Below are positions 1-14,068 of a stretch of 64,000 nt of DNA, piece by piece. A program made the position numbers and the translations under genes. The DNA comes from the human T2T-CHM13v2.0 reference genome, Homo sapiens: assembly GCF_009914755.1 (NCBI RefSeq), contig NC_060925.1; one strand, given 5' to 3'. The stretch's first letter is position 1. Each line of letters begins with the position of its first letter. The notes under the pieces are model-generated. The model was not told the origin of the DNA and did not search any database. It worked only from the letters and a program-made list of their open reading frames with translations.

Positions 1-101
1 ATTTCATAAAGTGATTGAAGTCATTTTGATATTATATCAACAGCAGCTTATCTATAACATCAACTCCAAGCAATTAAAAAACATTCACATTTTATCTGTA
101 C

Positions 102-282
102 CTTTTTCAAGTAGTTTGCCTTTGTAGACACAAAGGTTTTCCCCACCACAGTGCTGCTGATAAACTTTAATTTCATCCCGGAAGTCAGGATTATCAGAAG
201 ATAGGTGCACATTTTTCCCCAAATAGATCATTGTAATAGCTGCATTACTATGTAAGGATGTTTTATGAATCCTTCTTGAATC
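102..282 (-). CDS. ERICH3: ERICH3 coding exon 8 (DSRRIHKTSLHSNAAITMIYLGKNVHLSSDNPDFRDEIKVYQQHCGGENLCVYKGKLLEK + G), 181 nt; start of the conserved QQHCGGEN (DUF4590-type) domain
   Basis: Acceptor TGTTTATTTCAG|GAT, donor AAG|GTACAG; open frame continuing exon 7; domain name from recall. Confidence 0.94.
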
Positions 283-2873
283 CTGAAATAAACAGAAAAA
301 TGAGGCTTATTAACGAATTACTTTCTAATGAGAGTTCTTACCTGACATTGTAATATGAAGAATAAAGAAGGTTATTTTTAAGTACCTACCAACAAAATCT
401 AAATAAAGTGTCAATTTACAAATGCACAAAAAGTCAAACTCATTGCAAAATAAATCCTCCTAAATAACTATAACATATATGTTTTGGCTTTCTACTTTTA
501 ATGTAAATAATGGGGATTTGGATAGAGTTTGTCATTTTTTACTTTAAGTGCAAGTGTGTGGGGAGGTGTGTGGGAGTGTGTTTGTTATATATAGCAAAAA
601 TTTCAATGACACCAAGAAGAAACTTTTGCCTCTGTTAGCTGGTTCTCCAATAAAAATCCAAACAAATGAACTAAATAAATATTAGTAACATCATTTTGTT
701 TCAGTTTGAACTGACTTAGAGATTTAGCAATAGTTTTTGTAATTGGCTGCTTTATCTTTACAGCTGAGCACTGACAACACATCCTTCCCTGGGCTTATTC
801 CATCTGAGAGGGAGATGCACATGTATGATTTCTTCTACGGTCATTCTGAAGATCGGTGTCATCAATAATTTGGGCTTGGGACTATCCAGTTTCACAGGGG
901 CATTCAGTTGATTGAAAATCCAATATCAATATTGTTTATAGTATCAAAACAATCTACCGATCAAAGTCTCTAAAATTACTACAAAAACCTATTTGATATC
1001 CTATGGCATTGCCCAATTTAAATTATTTATAAAATATGCAGTAAATGTGTATGCCAGAAAATCAATGTCCTAGGCATTGACTCCTAATTAATTGTTTGAA
1101 ATATTTTCATAATAGTGAATGAGCACAGTGTTTGCCTGACCTCTACGAGGAAGAGGAGGAAGTAGAAGCAGAACAAAGGAAAGGAGGAAGAGGAAGAGAA
1201 ATAAGAAAGGCTGAGAGGGTTGAAAGACTTTAAGGGGGGCTAGTAAGAAAATTGTAGGCCTCTAGAATTGTACACAGGCCAGCCTTTCCTTCTCATCTAC
1301 TTCACTTTCCTAAAAATCAATTTTAAGCTAGACAAAAAATGTGCAGAGACCAACTTTAAGTGGATCCAAGGCAGTAATTTGAGCTGATTCCATCAAATTA
1401 TAGATGCATGAGAAGCATGCATTTTCTAAAGAATAACAACGCTGCAACAAACATTTTTGAAGGAACTACTAAAATATTTCCATCTCTAAACTCATCCTCT
1501 TCCACTTCAGATGATTTCTTTTCCATTTCATTCTATTCTCTGAAGCAAAAACCAGAGGAAAGAAATCTGATGGAATGAAATTCTGCTAGCAACCATCTGA
1601 AAGTATAAATGAGGGAGAAAGTCCAAGATTTAAAAATTCAAGCAAATTTTCTTGCCTGTTGGAAGGAAGAGCTCTCAAATAAAGAGATAATCAAGAGACA
1701 TATTACAGGGCATCAAGAGCCATGAAAGTAAATCAGCAAACTGGATAATTTCTTGCAGATTAGAAACATCTCCCTGAATCACAGTTGAAGCAAAGGGGAT
1801 GATGCCAGGTCTGACTCCTACTTGGAAAATCATAATCCCATGTTTCCTCTTGCCTGGGCAACTGTGGAGCTGTGACATGCCTGTGTGCAGCCCACTGCAC
1901 AATCAGCAGACCTCAGGCAAATCCAGCTCCAAGCTGCACCTAGCACCTTTAATGAAGTGACTGATTAAATAAAAGCATCCCCCTTTTGTTAAGCAATACT
2001 TTCTGAAGCAGCATGGATTTAGAGGCAGCCCTGTGAGTTTGTAGGCGATAAGCACTATATAAATACTAGGTAATAGTGGGATTAGAGTCAGGGAAAGACC
2101 TGTGTCCTGTGTATGAAATGAGAAACTGGAAGGAGAAACTTTTAAAGAGAAAAATACAGGAAAAGGCAGCCCTTTATCCTTTTCATTTCCTCTTATTCAT
2201 ATTTCTTTCTGCTAAAGCTTATTTCTGATGGTAAAATCTCTTTTCTCTTGGGTCTCATTATTTCATTCTCTTTTTAAAAAATATTCCCTAATTATTGCAA
2301 CCAAGTAAATTTTTTCTAACAAACAGAAGGCCCAAGTGACAGCTCGTGATTAAATATACACACTAGGAAACAAACAGTAGTTTCTTTCAATTGACTGAAC
2401 TGCCTCTATACTTACCATCTTGCAAAGATATAATGACCAGAGACAAATGAAACTTTAATAAGGTTTCTCGGCCCTTTCTGCTATCCTCAAGTAAGTATCA
2501 AAACCTTCCATGAAAATTCAGTTCCATTTGAAGAACAGGAACAAGGCCTCATGCCCCTGCATAACTAAAGCTCTTCTTTCTGATTTCCTTCACCGGTTGC
2601 TTATGACTTTCCTTCTCATTTCTTTTCAGATTTCTCAGGCAAGTACAACTGAGCTGATAAAGAAACAGCAAGCCCATTGAGTGGTTAACCCATCAGTCAT
2701 TATATATTTGCAACATTTAGCATTGAATTGATATACTAAGTTTTCACTGAAATCTCTTTTATCCATGCCCACACAAACAGTATAGTGTCAAAGGGCCTGT
2801 TCTTGTTGATAGTGTTGGGCAATAACTCCTCTCCATCTTCTTCACGAAGCCCTGGTGAATTCTGGACATCAAG

Positions 2874-3006
2874 TAGGGTGACCGTGAAATTTATCATCCA
2901 AACTTGGACACATAGTGAAAGAAGTGTTACTAAAAATTAGGAAATGGGGGGGAAAGGGGCAGAATTTTGAACTATTCCAGGAAAACTGAGAAGTATGGTC
3001 GCCCTA
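2874..3006. mobile_element. hAT-Blackjack MITE (MER94-like)
   Basis: Terminal inverted repeats TAGGGTGACC ... GGTCGCCCTA, 133 bp. Confidence 0.7.
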
Positions 3007-4145
3007 CGAATTAGTCTCCCCACTTCTAGTCTGATATCCCTCAAAATCTCCCTCCTGTTGGAAATCAGAGTGATCTATTGTTATTAAACAGATCATGTGA
3101 CTCTCCTGCTTAAAGCCCTCCAGTGGTTCCCATTATCCATGGGATAAGTTCCAACATTCCCCAGGCAACATAAAATGTGTTATATTTTCTAATACCTACT
3201 ATCTCCCAGTGATTGCAATTTCTCATGCTACATTTAAATGTCTGGCAACGGAACTGATTGTAGTGGCCCAAACACTATCAACTACTTTTAATCTCCAGGC
3301 CTCTACAACTGTATGAGTCACATGATATTGGAACTATTCCCTTGTATTATCTCTCTCTCAGTAGATAAGGATGACGTCCTAGTGATCTTCATGCCCCCAG
3401 TAACTTGCCAGTGCTGATGCTTAGTAAGGACCTAATTAACATTGATCCAACTGGACACAGACATGGAACAATTAGGCATTCCATATTCTGTCCTTTCCAT
3501 ATTCTGATAAAGCTACAGTAGGTTGGTTCTACCCTATATAGGAAGCTTGCTACATTTATAGAAACTCAATAGTTACCAGAACAGGAAAACTGATTCACAG
3601 TGTCTTGTTAAACCAAACACCAATTTTGGTTACTATTCCTTGATAAAGATTGATACAAAACCAGCCTGACCATAAAAAGTGGCAATCCCCATGTTGATGC
3701 TGGTGGCCCTAGAGAGAGAAAGTCTGACACAAGCCAGAGGAAGAGTGTTCATATCCCAAAGACTTAGGAAGCAGCTGGTTGTATGAAAACCTCACAGCAC
3801 TACATTACACATGTTCTTCCCTTTCTCTTCTCTTTCTCTCTGGTTTTGCCTCCCAGTTTGCTTTTAGTATAGTTACTCTTTTCATTTTCTTTTGGGCCAT
3901 TTTTCTTACTACTGTGTAAACTTTACCTCATGCTTATTCCTAATGTGCCCAGAAACACCTCAATCCTTACAGAGGCATCAGAGCTCTAGATTTTCAGGAT
4001 CTCTCTCACCTGTTCCTTCCCACAGAAATGATAATAAGGGTTCCTGCTCACATTTCCTCCCCAACTCCCTCTGCTTCCTAACCTACTCTGGTGCTTCCTT
4101 GTGTAGCTCTGCATGGTGTGGTGTAAGAGTTATTAACATTATTGA

Positions 4146-4396
4146 AGATGGGGTCTTGCTGTGTTGCCTAGGCTGGAGTGCAGTGGTGCAATCATAGTGG
4201 TGCAATCACTACAGCCTTAAACTCCTGGGCCCAAGCCAACCTCCTGCCTCAGCCTCCTTGATAGCTGGGATTACAGGTGTTAGAGATTGGGTCTTGTTAT
4301 GTTGGCCAGTCTGGTATCAAACTCCTGACCTCAAGTGATCCTCTTGCCTCAGCCTTTCAAGTCACTAGGATTACAGATGTGAGCCACTGCACCTGA
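4146..4396 (-). mobile_element. Old Alu (AluJ-like), internally deleted
   Basis: Reverse Alu motifs ggctggagtgcagtggtgcaatc, gctgggattacagg, gagccactgcacc; central linker missing. Confidence 0.85.
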
Positions 4397-5249
4397 TCTT
4401 GTGATGGTTAATTTTACCTATTAATTTAGCCGGACTCCAATGCCCAGATTGGTAAACATTATTCTGGATGGATCCCTGACCAATGCATGTGGTGTGTCCC
4501 CTCCTCTTGGGAACTGTGAGTAACAATCTATCTTTTTGATGGCAATTGTCTCTTAATCTGTAAGTTTCACCATACCTGAATAATTTTTAAAAACCCACAT
4601 TTTAAAATAGCCATGCAGAACAATATACCTACTTTCATTAAGAAAGGGCCAACTAGTGAAGGTTTCAAGCAGTAGAGGAGCATGTTGAGAGTTTTTCCAT
4701 AAAGTTTAATTTAGCACCATTATGTAGAATCTAATAAAACCGAGATGGATTTTGCTTATTCCTTTTTCCCCTTTCTGCTTTTCAATCTCAGTTCCCTGGT
4801 TCTATCTGCTAACTTCCTACTGATCATTCAAAGCCCATTTCAAATGCCACCTTCTCTAGGAGGCATTCTCTAATCTCCTCGGTCAAAACTAATATTTCTT
4901 TCCTCTATGTTTCTATTGTGCTTTATTTATATCACAATTATAGTACTCATCACAATATATCATGGTTAATTGTATATATATATATCTGTCTCTCTTGCTA
5001 GACTGCAGTCTTTCTGAGAGAAACAGTTTAGTCTTACCCATCTTGGTAACCTCAGGACCTAGCATATCATTTGCCATTATCAACAAAAACTGGACTGAGC
5101 TATATTCTCATTTAGAGGCAGGACAAGTATATAGATGATTGCAATAGTTCCATTAAAAGATTAGTTATCAAGCCCCTGAACTAGAGATGTAGCAGTAAGG
5201 ATGAAAAAGGATTATCAGGTACATGAGCCACTGTTCAGGTGGCATCTAG

Positions 5250-5555
5250 AGCTGTGCCATCCAGGACAGCAGCCACTTCTCCCATTTGGATGCTGGGCAT
5301 TTGAAAGGTAGCTCATTTGCTGTAAGTATAAAATATTCATTGAATATCAAAGACATAGTATAAGAAAATACATCATACTTAATTAAAATTTTTCATATTG
5401 ATTACAGGTGGAAATGATATTTTAGATATACTTGATTAAATAAAATATATTAAAGTCTTAAAATTTATTTCATGTTTCTCTTTATCTTTTTAAATTGACT
5501 ATTAGAAAATTTTAGAATTGCATATGTGGCTTGCCTTCTATTTCTATTGGACATC
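5250..5555. mobile_element. hAT-Charlie MITE (MER3/MER33-like)
   Basis: Characteristic ends gctgtgccatccagg... and catatgtggcttg...ttctattggaca; boundaries approximate. Confidence 0.6.
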
Positions 5556-6819
5556 TCTGATCTAGAGAACTTAGCAACTAGCTGGATGTGCAATGCACAA
5601 GGAAGAAGAAATTATAGATTTTGAGGCCAAATTACAGGACAAAAGTTTGTGCTTTAAAATAAATAAGGCAACTGAATGGAGAAACTGGCTTAAGTTGTAA
5701 CCATGTTGAATTTGAGGAGCAGTAGGACCTATCAATTGGGCATCTGTAATTGCACAGGGCTTATTTGGTACCTAGGAGGTAGATAGGGGGCTTTCATGGA
5801 AAAGTCTCAAACTAGTGTCATAAACTTTTTGCCCTCTCTTTCAAAAAATGTATAAAAAATAAAAGCAAACTTTGTTATTGGTTTCTAAAATAGATAAACA
5901 TAACCATTAAGTAGGTTCTTATTTGGAAGCCTGTACTTTCCCTTTTATAAAAGCTATATATGAAACTTTCCACATTTTCAGCAGGCTGCTGTATAGAGTA
6001 GGTGACTGGTAAGGTTAGACTACCTCGATCCTGAGTGGGAACACAAAAGTCTGGAGGTGAGTGAGTTAAACCTTAGTGCAAAATGTAACTAGCCTCATGG
6101 ATTCTGTAAATGCAGTATAAAGCTCTGAAGGTGCTAGAACAAAACAGGACAAAGCAACAGAGTCCAGAGACAACTTGCTGGACTGTGAGTCGTACCACAC
6201 CTTGCCATTTGGCTCTACTGATCATCCCCAGAGACATGAATCACAGAAGCCAGAGACCATGTTGTTCTACACATTCATAGAGGAGCAGGTGGTGGATACC
6301 AGCAAGCCACATTTCATTGCTTTTTACTCTTTCTTTCCTTTTTTTTAAGAGCCTTTAAAAGATGCTTTGCTGGATGGTAGTCATAAAATGAAAGATGAAT
6401 TTATGTGTAAATTAGTCACAAGAGCCATCTCCCCTTAAATGAATCTTTTCTATATCTAAATAAACGAAACTCAAGTATTAATGTAAAATGTGTGACTCTC
6501 CCCACTGAGACAATTTTACTCGATGCCTAAGGATCAGGGCTAGAGTCAACTCCAACAGACATCTAGCATGAAATCATGTGTGAAGATGACTACATCTTGA
6601 ATAGAAAAACAAGTGTAAAGGCTGAAGCCTATAGGGATGGGTAGATTTATGGGTGAAGATGAAAAAGAATCACAAAGGAGTAGGACAAGAGGTGAAAGGA
6701 GACCCCGAGGAAGCATGAAAACAGAATGCCATGGAAGGCAAGAGAGGAGAGGTTTAAGGAAGAGGCAATTAATAGCATAAAATTCTACAAAGAAATGTCA
6801 TGGTAAGTTAAAAAAAAAC

Positions 6820-8760
6820 TAAGATGGTAGAAATAAGTCTAAATATATCACTAAACAAAGTAAATATACTTGGACTAAACTCATTTATTAATAGAACAGA
6901 GATTCTCAGATTGAATCAAACACAATCCACCCCTATGTTACATAAACATATTTAAAGCCTAAAGTTTAAAACTAAAGACACCAAAAGACTAAAAGTGAAA
7001 GGAATATATATACACATATGCATATACACACATACATATGTGTATATATACGGTTGACCCTTGAACAACATGGGTCCACACATATGCAGATTTTTTTCAA
7101 TAAGTATGTTGGAAAATTCTTTGGAGATTTACAACAATTTGAAAAACTTGAAGACAAACTGTATAGCCTAGAAATATTTTGAAAAATAAGAAAAATGTAT
7201 GTTATGAATGCATAAAATATATGTAGATGCTAGTCTGTTTTATCATTTACTACCATAAAATACACACAAATCTATTATAAAAAGTTAAGATTTATGAAAA
7301 CTTACACATACTCTTAACAGACCATGCATGGTGCCATTTACAATCAAGAGAAATGTAAACAAATATAAAGATGCAATATTAAATCATAACTGCATAAAAT
7401 TAACTGTAGTACATACTGTACTGCTGTAATAATTTCATAGCCACCTTCTGTTGCTATTGTAGTGAGCTCAAGTGTTGTGAGTATCCACTTAAAATGCCAT
7501 GTGACACTAGTCATGTCCACACGAGCAATTCATCTCTTTAGTAAATCATCTATCAGAGTAAAAAGTAATCTCTCAAAGTTCTTACATATTTTCCATCGTG
7601 TTTAGCGTAATACTGTAAACACTGAATAACATCATGGGACTCAACAAAGTTTCACTTGGAGAAACACTCCAGGAAGCAAAGTCATGACATTACAAGAAAA
7701 GGTTGAATTGAATTCTCTAGCTGAGGTTGCTCACGGGTGGACGATTCATTTCGTAAAGAGAAGACATAACTTATGGTATTGATAAATACAGTACAGTAGT
7801 ATAAATGTATTTTCTCTTATTTACAGTTTTCCTAATAACATTTTCTTTTCTCTAACTTTGTAAGAATACAGTATATAATACAAATAGCATACAAAATATG
7901 TGTTAATCGAATATTTATGTTATTGGTAAGGCTTCCAGTCAACAGTAGGTTACAAGTAGTTAAGTTTGGGGGGAGTCAAAGTTTATATACAAATTTTCGA
8001 CTGTGCAGAGAAATGACACCCCTTCCCCCCATGTTATTCAAGTGTCAACTCTCCATATACAGTACACACACACACACACAGACACACTAAAGAAAATAAG
8101 AAGTATTATTAGACAAAATAGATTTTAAGACAAAAAGTAATATGACAAAAAGGATCTCCTCACCAGTAAGATTAAAATAATCTTAAGTCTGAGAGCATAT
8201 AAGACTTTCTAAACATTTAAAAACAGAACTTGGCATAATTACAAAGACAAATTGACAAATCCATAATTATAGAGAATGGATTTTCATTATAACTCAAGAA
8301 TTAAGAGACTAAACACATAAAAAGTCTACAAATGTAAAAATATGAGTAACATAATTAACATTTATCTATTGGACATTTATAGAACCTTAATTTCAACATT
8401 TAAAGGATATTATTCTTTCCCAAAACTGAACATATATTAGCTCACAAAGCAAGTCTCCACAAATACGACGGAGTTAAAATCATACAGATCAAGAATAAGA
8501 TGCATTTTTAAAAGTAGCATTCAGTGAGCACAAAAGGAGTTCTTAGAATTGAAACATAGCAGGAGAAAAAACTCAGTAGAATGTGTGGAAGATAAAATTG
8601 AAAAAAAAAACCTCTCAGCAAGTAGAACAAAAAGACAAAGAGGTAGAAAGTAGGAGAGAAAAGCTAAGAATCTTAGAGCATCAGTCTAGTAGTTCTAACA
8701 TTCCCAAAATAGAGATTCCAAAAAGAGAGAAAAAGGTTTTTTTTTTCTTGGAAAAAAAGA
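6820..8760 (+). mobile_element. Degraded old L1 fragments, interrupted by a Tigger element
   Basis: A-rich, L1 ORF2-endonuclease-like segments (ggactaaactc..., agacaaaatagattttaagac, acaaattgacaaatcc) on both sides of 7051-8051; boundaries approximate. Confidence 0.6.
7051..8051. mobile_element. Tigger2-family DNA transposon (Tigger2b-like, about 1 kb)
   Basis: TIRs cggttgacccttgaacaacatggg ... cccatgttattcaagtgtcaact; TA at the left flank. Confidence 0.85.
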
Positions 8761-11079
8761 AGAGTAAGTCAGACTGAAGCCCTGTGACTCAGGAGACAGA
8801 CATGATAAGGTCTGTCAAAGCCAGCATGCCTGATGACACCATGCTGTGCTTCTAACCTGAATGCAGAATCCCAGGGGAACCTGGCTCAGATGCTTATTTG
8901 TGCTTCACTTGTCACGACCCTGGGATGAAGAGGCTGCTGCTCCCTCCTCCATGCCCAGCTACAGAAGCCCATTCTCCTGGTCATTTTCCTGCTGGACATC
9001 CAGTGTCTGGCTCACACTAGGACCTCGCCAGATACCTTGACACACTCATGACCTGACCACTCTGACTTCCCCAGAAGGGGCTTTTAAAACTGTTTAAAAA
9101 CCAAACCCAGGCTGTGACCCAAAGATTCTATTCAGCTTATTTTCTTCCGGAAATAGCGTCCTTTCATTACAATGCTAGGTTTGAGCTTATTTCTGAAGTT
9201 TTATGCATATAAGCGATAGAACTCTAAAGAAAAGCAGGGACATAGTTCACAGGGAAGTCAGCATGGTGCTTGCTCTGGAAAAATTAAAGAATGATGGGGC
9301 AGGAAAAAGGGGGCTCTTGCATAATATGATAGAGTTCATCGTGAAGGTGTAGTGAGTGCATGGTGCTTGCTTGGTTATTGTTGTTGAACTTGTACATATA
9401 GATAAGACTTTATATATTCTTATGGCTTGTGAGACATTTAAACTTGTGTTTTAAAAGAGCAGGAACAGGTAGAATGTATCCCAGTAATACATTTTAACAT
9501 CCGAAAATCAAATCCTGCCCCCCAAGTGTTTCAGAATGATGAGTAAGTCATTGTTTTTGCGAAGTATGAGCCACATCTTTTGAGAGCATGTTCATTGGCC
9601 AGGTAGAAACCAATGCCAGCATGCAGAGTGAAAAATTAAGTTAGTGGATATGGTAGATTCTATTATTGTTCCAAATATTCGCTGCCCTTTTCTGTGAGAG
9701 ACTGATACTTCCTACTCCATTGAGGTCAGTCTTGGTCAAGGGCTTGCCAAATGGCATTCAAGTGTAAGTGACATGTGCCACTCCTGAGTGGAACCTTAAA
9801 AGCATTCTGTGGTTCTGTTGCCCATGAATGAGGCCAACATATTCCAGACTCCTTCATTCTGAGCTGTTCCTCCACTCTGGGTCCTAGAATTACAGCTGAC
9901 CATAAAATTGTGAGCAAGAATATTGTTGTAAGTTGAGTTGCCTGGGGTTGTTAGACTAAGCTCCAGTAAACTGCTCTATAGAGAACTTACTAATGAAGAA
10001 AAGATAAAACAGAAGTCTAAGGTTGCAGCATGTGAGGAAATAATTTGCTCCTTTATCTAAGGCCTGGATATGTTGAGAGACAGAGATGAGTATTAGAGGA
10101 AGCCAGCAAATCCAAATTAGAGAGAATGACAGATAGTATGAGCTACCACCGACAGTGAAAGAGTATCTGATCAAAGACGCAGGGCAAGGGTGGGCCTTGG
10201 GGATGAGAGAGAAAACATCCTGTCAAAGACAGCAACCAAGGGAGAGAATTGGTAAAAGTAGAGTTGAAAAAAGGAAATTCAAGCAAGCAGGAAGAAGATG
10301 GTCCCCATCTTCTGAGAAGGTTAGAGGTAAGGACAGCTGCTGGGAGTGAGATGTGGACATGGGGTGAATAAGGTTCCTGAAAGTGAAGTTGGTTTTTAAG
10401 AATCTATGTGCATGCTGGCACTTCACTTCCTGATGGTCAGTCAGTGAAATGTTGACCCAGCTTATTTGCCAATCACAAAACTTTCATTTAATTGCTATTG
10501 GTTGTATATTTAACATAATAAAAATGAAGAGATATTTTGCCTTCTTACTAGCTTGTATGTGTATAAAGTCCAACAGGCCTTAAATTTGTTTCTTCTATTA
10601 GTATTTTGAGGAAATCAGTACAACAAACTGTAATCTCTTAAAAAATTACTGAAATAATTTATCTATGTATGATACAGTAATTTGCCATAAATTGTTCAAA
10701 ATAAACTATATTGTGTTTTTTAGGTATATCAAGGTTTCTGAATTTTTACAACTTAGATGTAAAGATGTTTCTAACAACATGTGACTGAACAGGTGCATTT
10801 AAGGAAATAAATGATTTGGAAATAGGTACTGGTCAAATTAAATTTGACCACAAGAATTGTTAAATCTTTTATTATTAATTGTGCTAAACTCATTATGCAA
10901 CTGAATTACTCAAGCCTGTGGTTTCAGATACATTCAAGCTTACTTATAAAATTGTATTTCTTTACACACAACGTTTTGCATGCAATTTCCTCCAAATTCT
11001 TTTACTGCAAACCTAGAAATCTAATAGTGCAATGTAATCTGAGATAAATTAATAAAAGAAAAATTTGTTCCATAATCAC

Positions 11080-11295
11080 CTTTGTCAAAAGAGGTTCTAA
11101 GCCATTTGGAGCAGTGGTTGGACGAAATCTTCTCCTTCTCCATGTTTCAGATCTATTTTCTCTTGTGATTTTCCCAGTTGGGGGAAGTGGAGGAGGAATA
11201 GGCATCATGTAACTGTTAATGTTTGGAAGTTGATATGAATTCATTCTCTGTGAATTGCCTATGGAGTTCCTGAACTTCATCACTGCCTTCTTGCC
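11080..11295 (-). CDS. ERICH3: ERICH3 coding exon 7 (GKKAVMKFRNSIGNSQRMNSYQLPNINSYMMPIPPPLPPTGKITRENRSETWRRRRFRPTTAPNGLEPLLTK), 216 nt
   Basis: Acceptor ATTACAG|GGC, donor AAG|GTGATT; peptide in ORF 11002..11283; phase 0-0. Confidence 0.96.
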
Positions 11296-14032
11296 CTGTA
11301 ATCATATTTCATCGCATAAGAACCAGTGAAACAGAATCAGTGACTCAATGTAACCCAAATTTAAAGACAAGCCTAAATGATTGACATTGCATGCAAACAC
11401 AACTGATATCAATAGACAAACTCAAAACACTCCAGTCTGCTGAAAAATGACACTTTGTAGTATCTGCGGCAAATTAAAAATTCTAACCTTGTGTGGTATA
11501 TTTTTTAACTAACATAAAGTGATGACACTTTTATAGTACTTTTGGGGTTTTTCTTCAACAATCCATTAAACCCAATACAACTAAACAATTTAAAATCAAG
11601 AAGTTTGAAGTGTGCTTTAAAGCAGAGCTTTAGTCCAGTTAGCAATAGGAAATTAGGACTTTTTTCATATTCTTATTTCAGGCATCTAGGTATTAGAATA
11701 TGCAGGGTTTGCAAAGCTGTAAACAAACTGGCATGTACTGTTTAGCATAAATAACTCATGTACTATTTAGAGTAAATTATTACATTTACAGAGGAAAAAT
11801 TAAAATATTTATCAAAATTTTAAGGTATATATCCTTTGACCTAGAAATTCTAGTGGTAGGAATAAATCCTACACAGATAACTATACAAGTTCACTAATAT
11901 AAATGTGTATAAGGATACATATACACACATGCACACACACACACATATATATGAAGAAGTTAATTGCACAAAATGTAACATCATATAAGTCCATCAATAG
12001 GAAGATGTTTAACTAAAACTTGCTTTGTTCCTATGAGAGATCTCACCGGGCTTAAACAAAAATAACATGAATATATTTATCCTGAAATAAAAAGGTTCAT
12101 ATGGTATGACCATAAATTTCTTTTAAATAATTTACGTGTGAATTCTGATTAAAAATAAGAATGACTGAAAAAACTTGAATGTGTGGCTACCTTTAGGGAT
12201 ATACCTTCATATTGTTTTAGAGTTTAATCAGCATGTACTATTTTAATCATTAAAAAACACCAAAGGTATAGTCAATAATTACATTTGTCAGGTATAAGTG
12301 AGTCACTGAATTTTCACAAATTGGTAATTTTTGGGTATCTGAGGTAGTTTCCCAAATTTTAAGGAATATTTAAGTAGGTTTATCTATTTTGCACCAATTT
12401 ATTTCTATTTCTACAATATAAATTTATATTGTACTTATGTTTATTTTTAAATTTCTAATTAATTTTTGATCAACTTAGTTTGTATTTTAATATGCTTATT
12501 GGTGAAAAATTGTTTTGTAGAAAGGAAAGTCACTCTCCAAATATCTCTCATTGCTAAATGAGCAAAAGGAACTTATAAATGAAGGGCATGGATAGCCCAT
12601 ATTTTGATTTAAAAAGGCATATGAACCGAAAGAGATTTAAGTGGATATTCACCAAGGAGTTTATAATTGTTAGAATGGTTGATATTGCATTTTGTCAAGC
12701 TCTAATTTTTCTTTTCTTATATTTTCCATTTTTTCTGTAAAGGAGTACGTTTATATTGTAATAAAAAATAAAAATAAGTAAAAAATAATGACAAGAAAAT
12801 CAATGAATCTAGAACTTTTTGTGTTTAAGGATTTAAAACAAAATTATTTCTGAGTAGGCATCAATCAATTACATGCCTTCTTTGGAAATGGTTTACCAGT
12901 TTTTCAAAAAAATTAACATGTTGTTCTTTACCTTGCTTCTTTTAGTTCGACAGCATTTTGGACATCTTTTCATGCCAGTGCAAGTAATAATACTTTTTAA
13001 ATGTACTTTAATATAACATAACAAGTTAAAACAATACCCTATTACTTAGGTATCTTCCAATTGTTCACTATTGCAAATACAACAGTACAAAATATTCTTG
13101 AATCTGTTTCTTTACACATATTGTGTATTCCTAGGATAAATTCCTACATGTTAAAATGCTTGAGCATGTTCATTTAAAATGGTGATAGATATTTCCATAT
13201 TGCCTTCACAAATACTTGTACTAATTTCTACTTCTACCAATAATATATGAGAAACTCTCATTCTAACATCATTCATTTTCAATCAAGTCATTATTTTTCC
13301 TCATTTGCATCTCATCCCGTCTGTTTTTGGCCAAATCACTTTTGCCTAAATTAAAGACTCTCACTCCTGCTACTTAGCAAAGTTCAACCTACTTCTATCT
13401 GTTGTACCTTCAAGTACTTTCAACATGTATATACTTTACTCTTTAAAAAAGCAATAAGAGTTTTTTGAGTGCTCACTACATACTCAGCAATGTACAGAAT
13501 ATTATTCTTCTTTAAGAGCTTCTTGTCTGATTTTATATTAAATCATTTTCATCATCAATGCCATTGAAAAAAATTACAGATAAGACATAATCACAGTATA
13601 CTTTGTCTGTGAACATTACACTATAAGCTCCAATAAGTTACTTTTGTCTGTCTTGATGCCTAAAGCAGTACCAAGGCCATCATAAATGCTCAATAAATAT
13701 TTACTAAATGAAAAGTGAGTTTAGCTAGTTGACATTATTGTGGAATTTATCTCAATCTTGTCAGCACATGACAGCTACCATTAGCTGCCTGTCTTTCAAT
13801 AATACATACCCCAAAAACTTGAAACAGGAAAAGGCCCTGTAAAGATTCAATTAGTAAATCTATCCAGTGGCTCAGAACAGATTTGAAGAGTCACATTAAA
13901 GGAAAAAAAAATTGCTCCCCAGCCAGCAGAGCTTAAATAATACCTGATTGATGGTGTTCACATGTCTAATGAAACAAAGTATTGATCAAAGTAGCATTAA
14001 TAATTATGGAACTTAAAAAATAATATAATCAC

Positions 14033-14068
14033 CTTGGCAAGCATGGAAAGCACCCATCCAAGTACTAT
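14033..14068 (-). CDS. ERICH3: Candidate alternative ERICH3 exon in intron 6 (36 nt, IVLGWVLSMLAK; or MLAK start of a short isoform)
   Basis: Acceptor TTTCCTCTCCCCTAG|, donor AAG|GTGATTAT (identical to the exon 7 donor), phase 0-0, no stop, in-frame ATG at 14044. Confidence 0.55.

Noticed and set aside
8583-8777. Lys/Glu-rich ORF
   Set aside because: A-rich decayed L1 sequence; not an ERICH3 exon (wrong strand, no splice fit)
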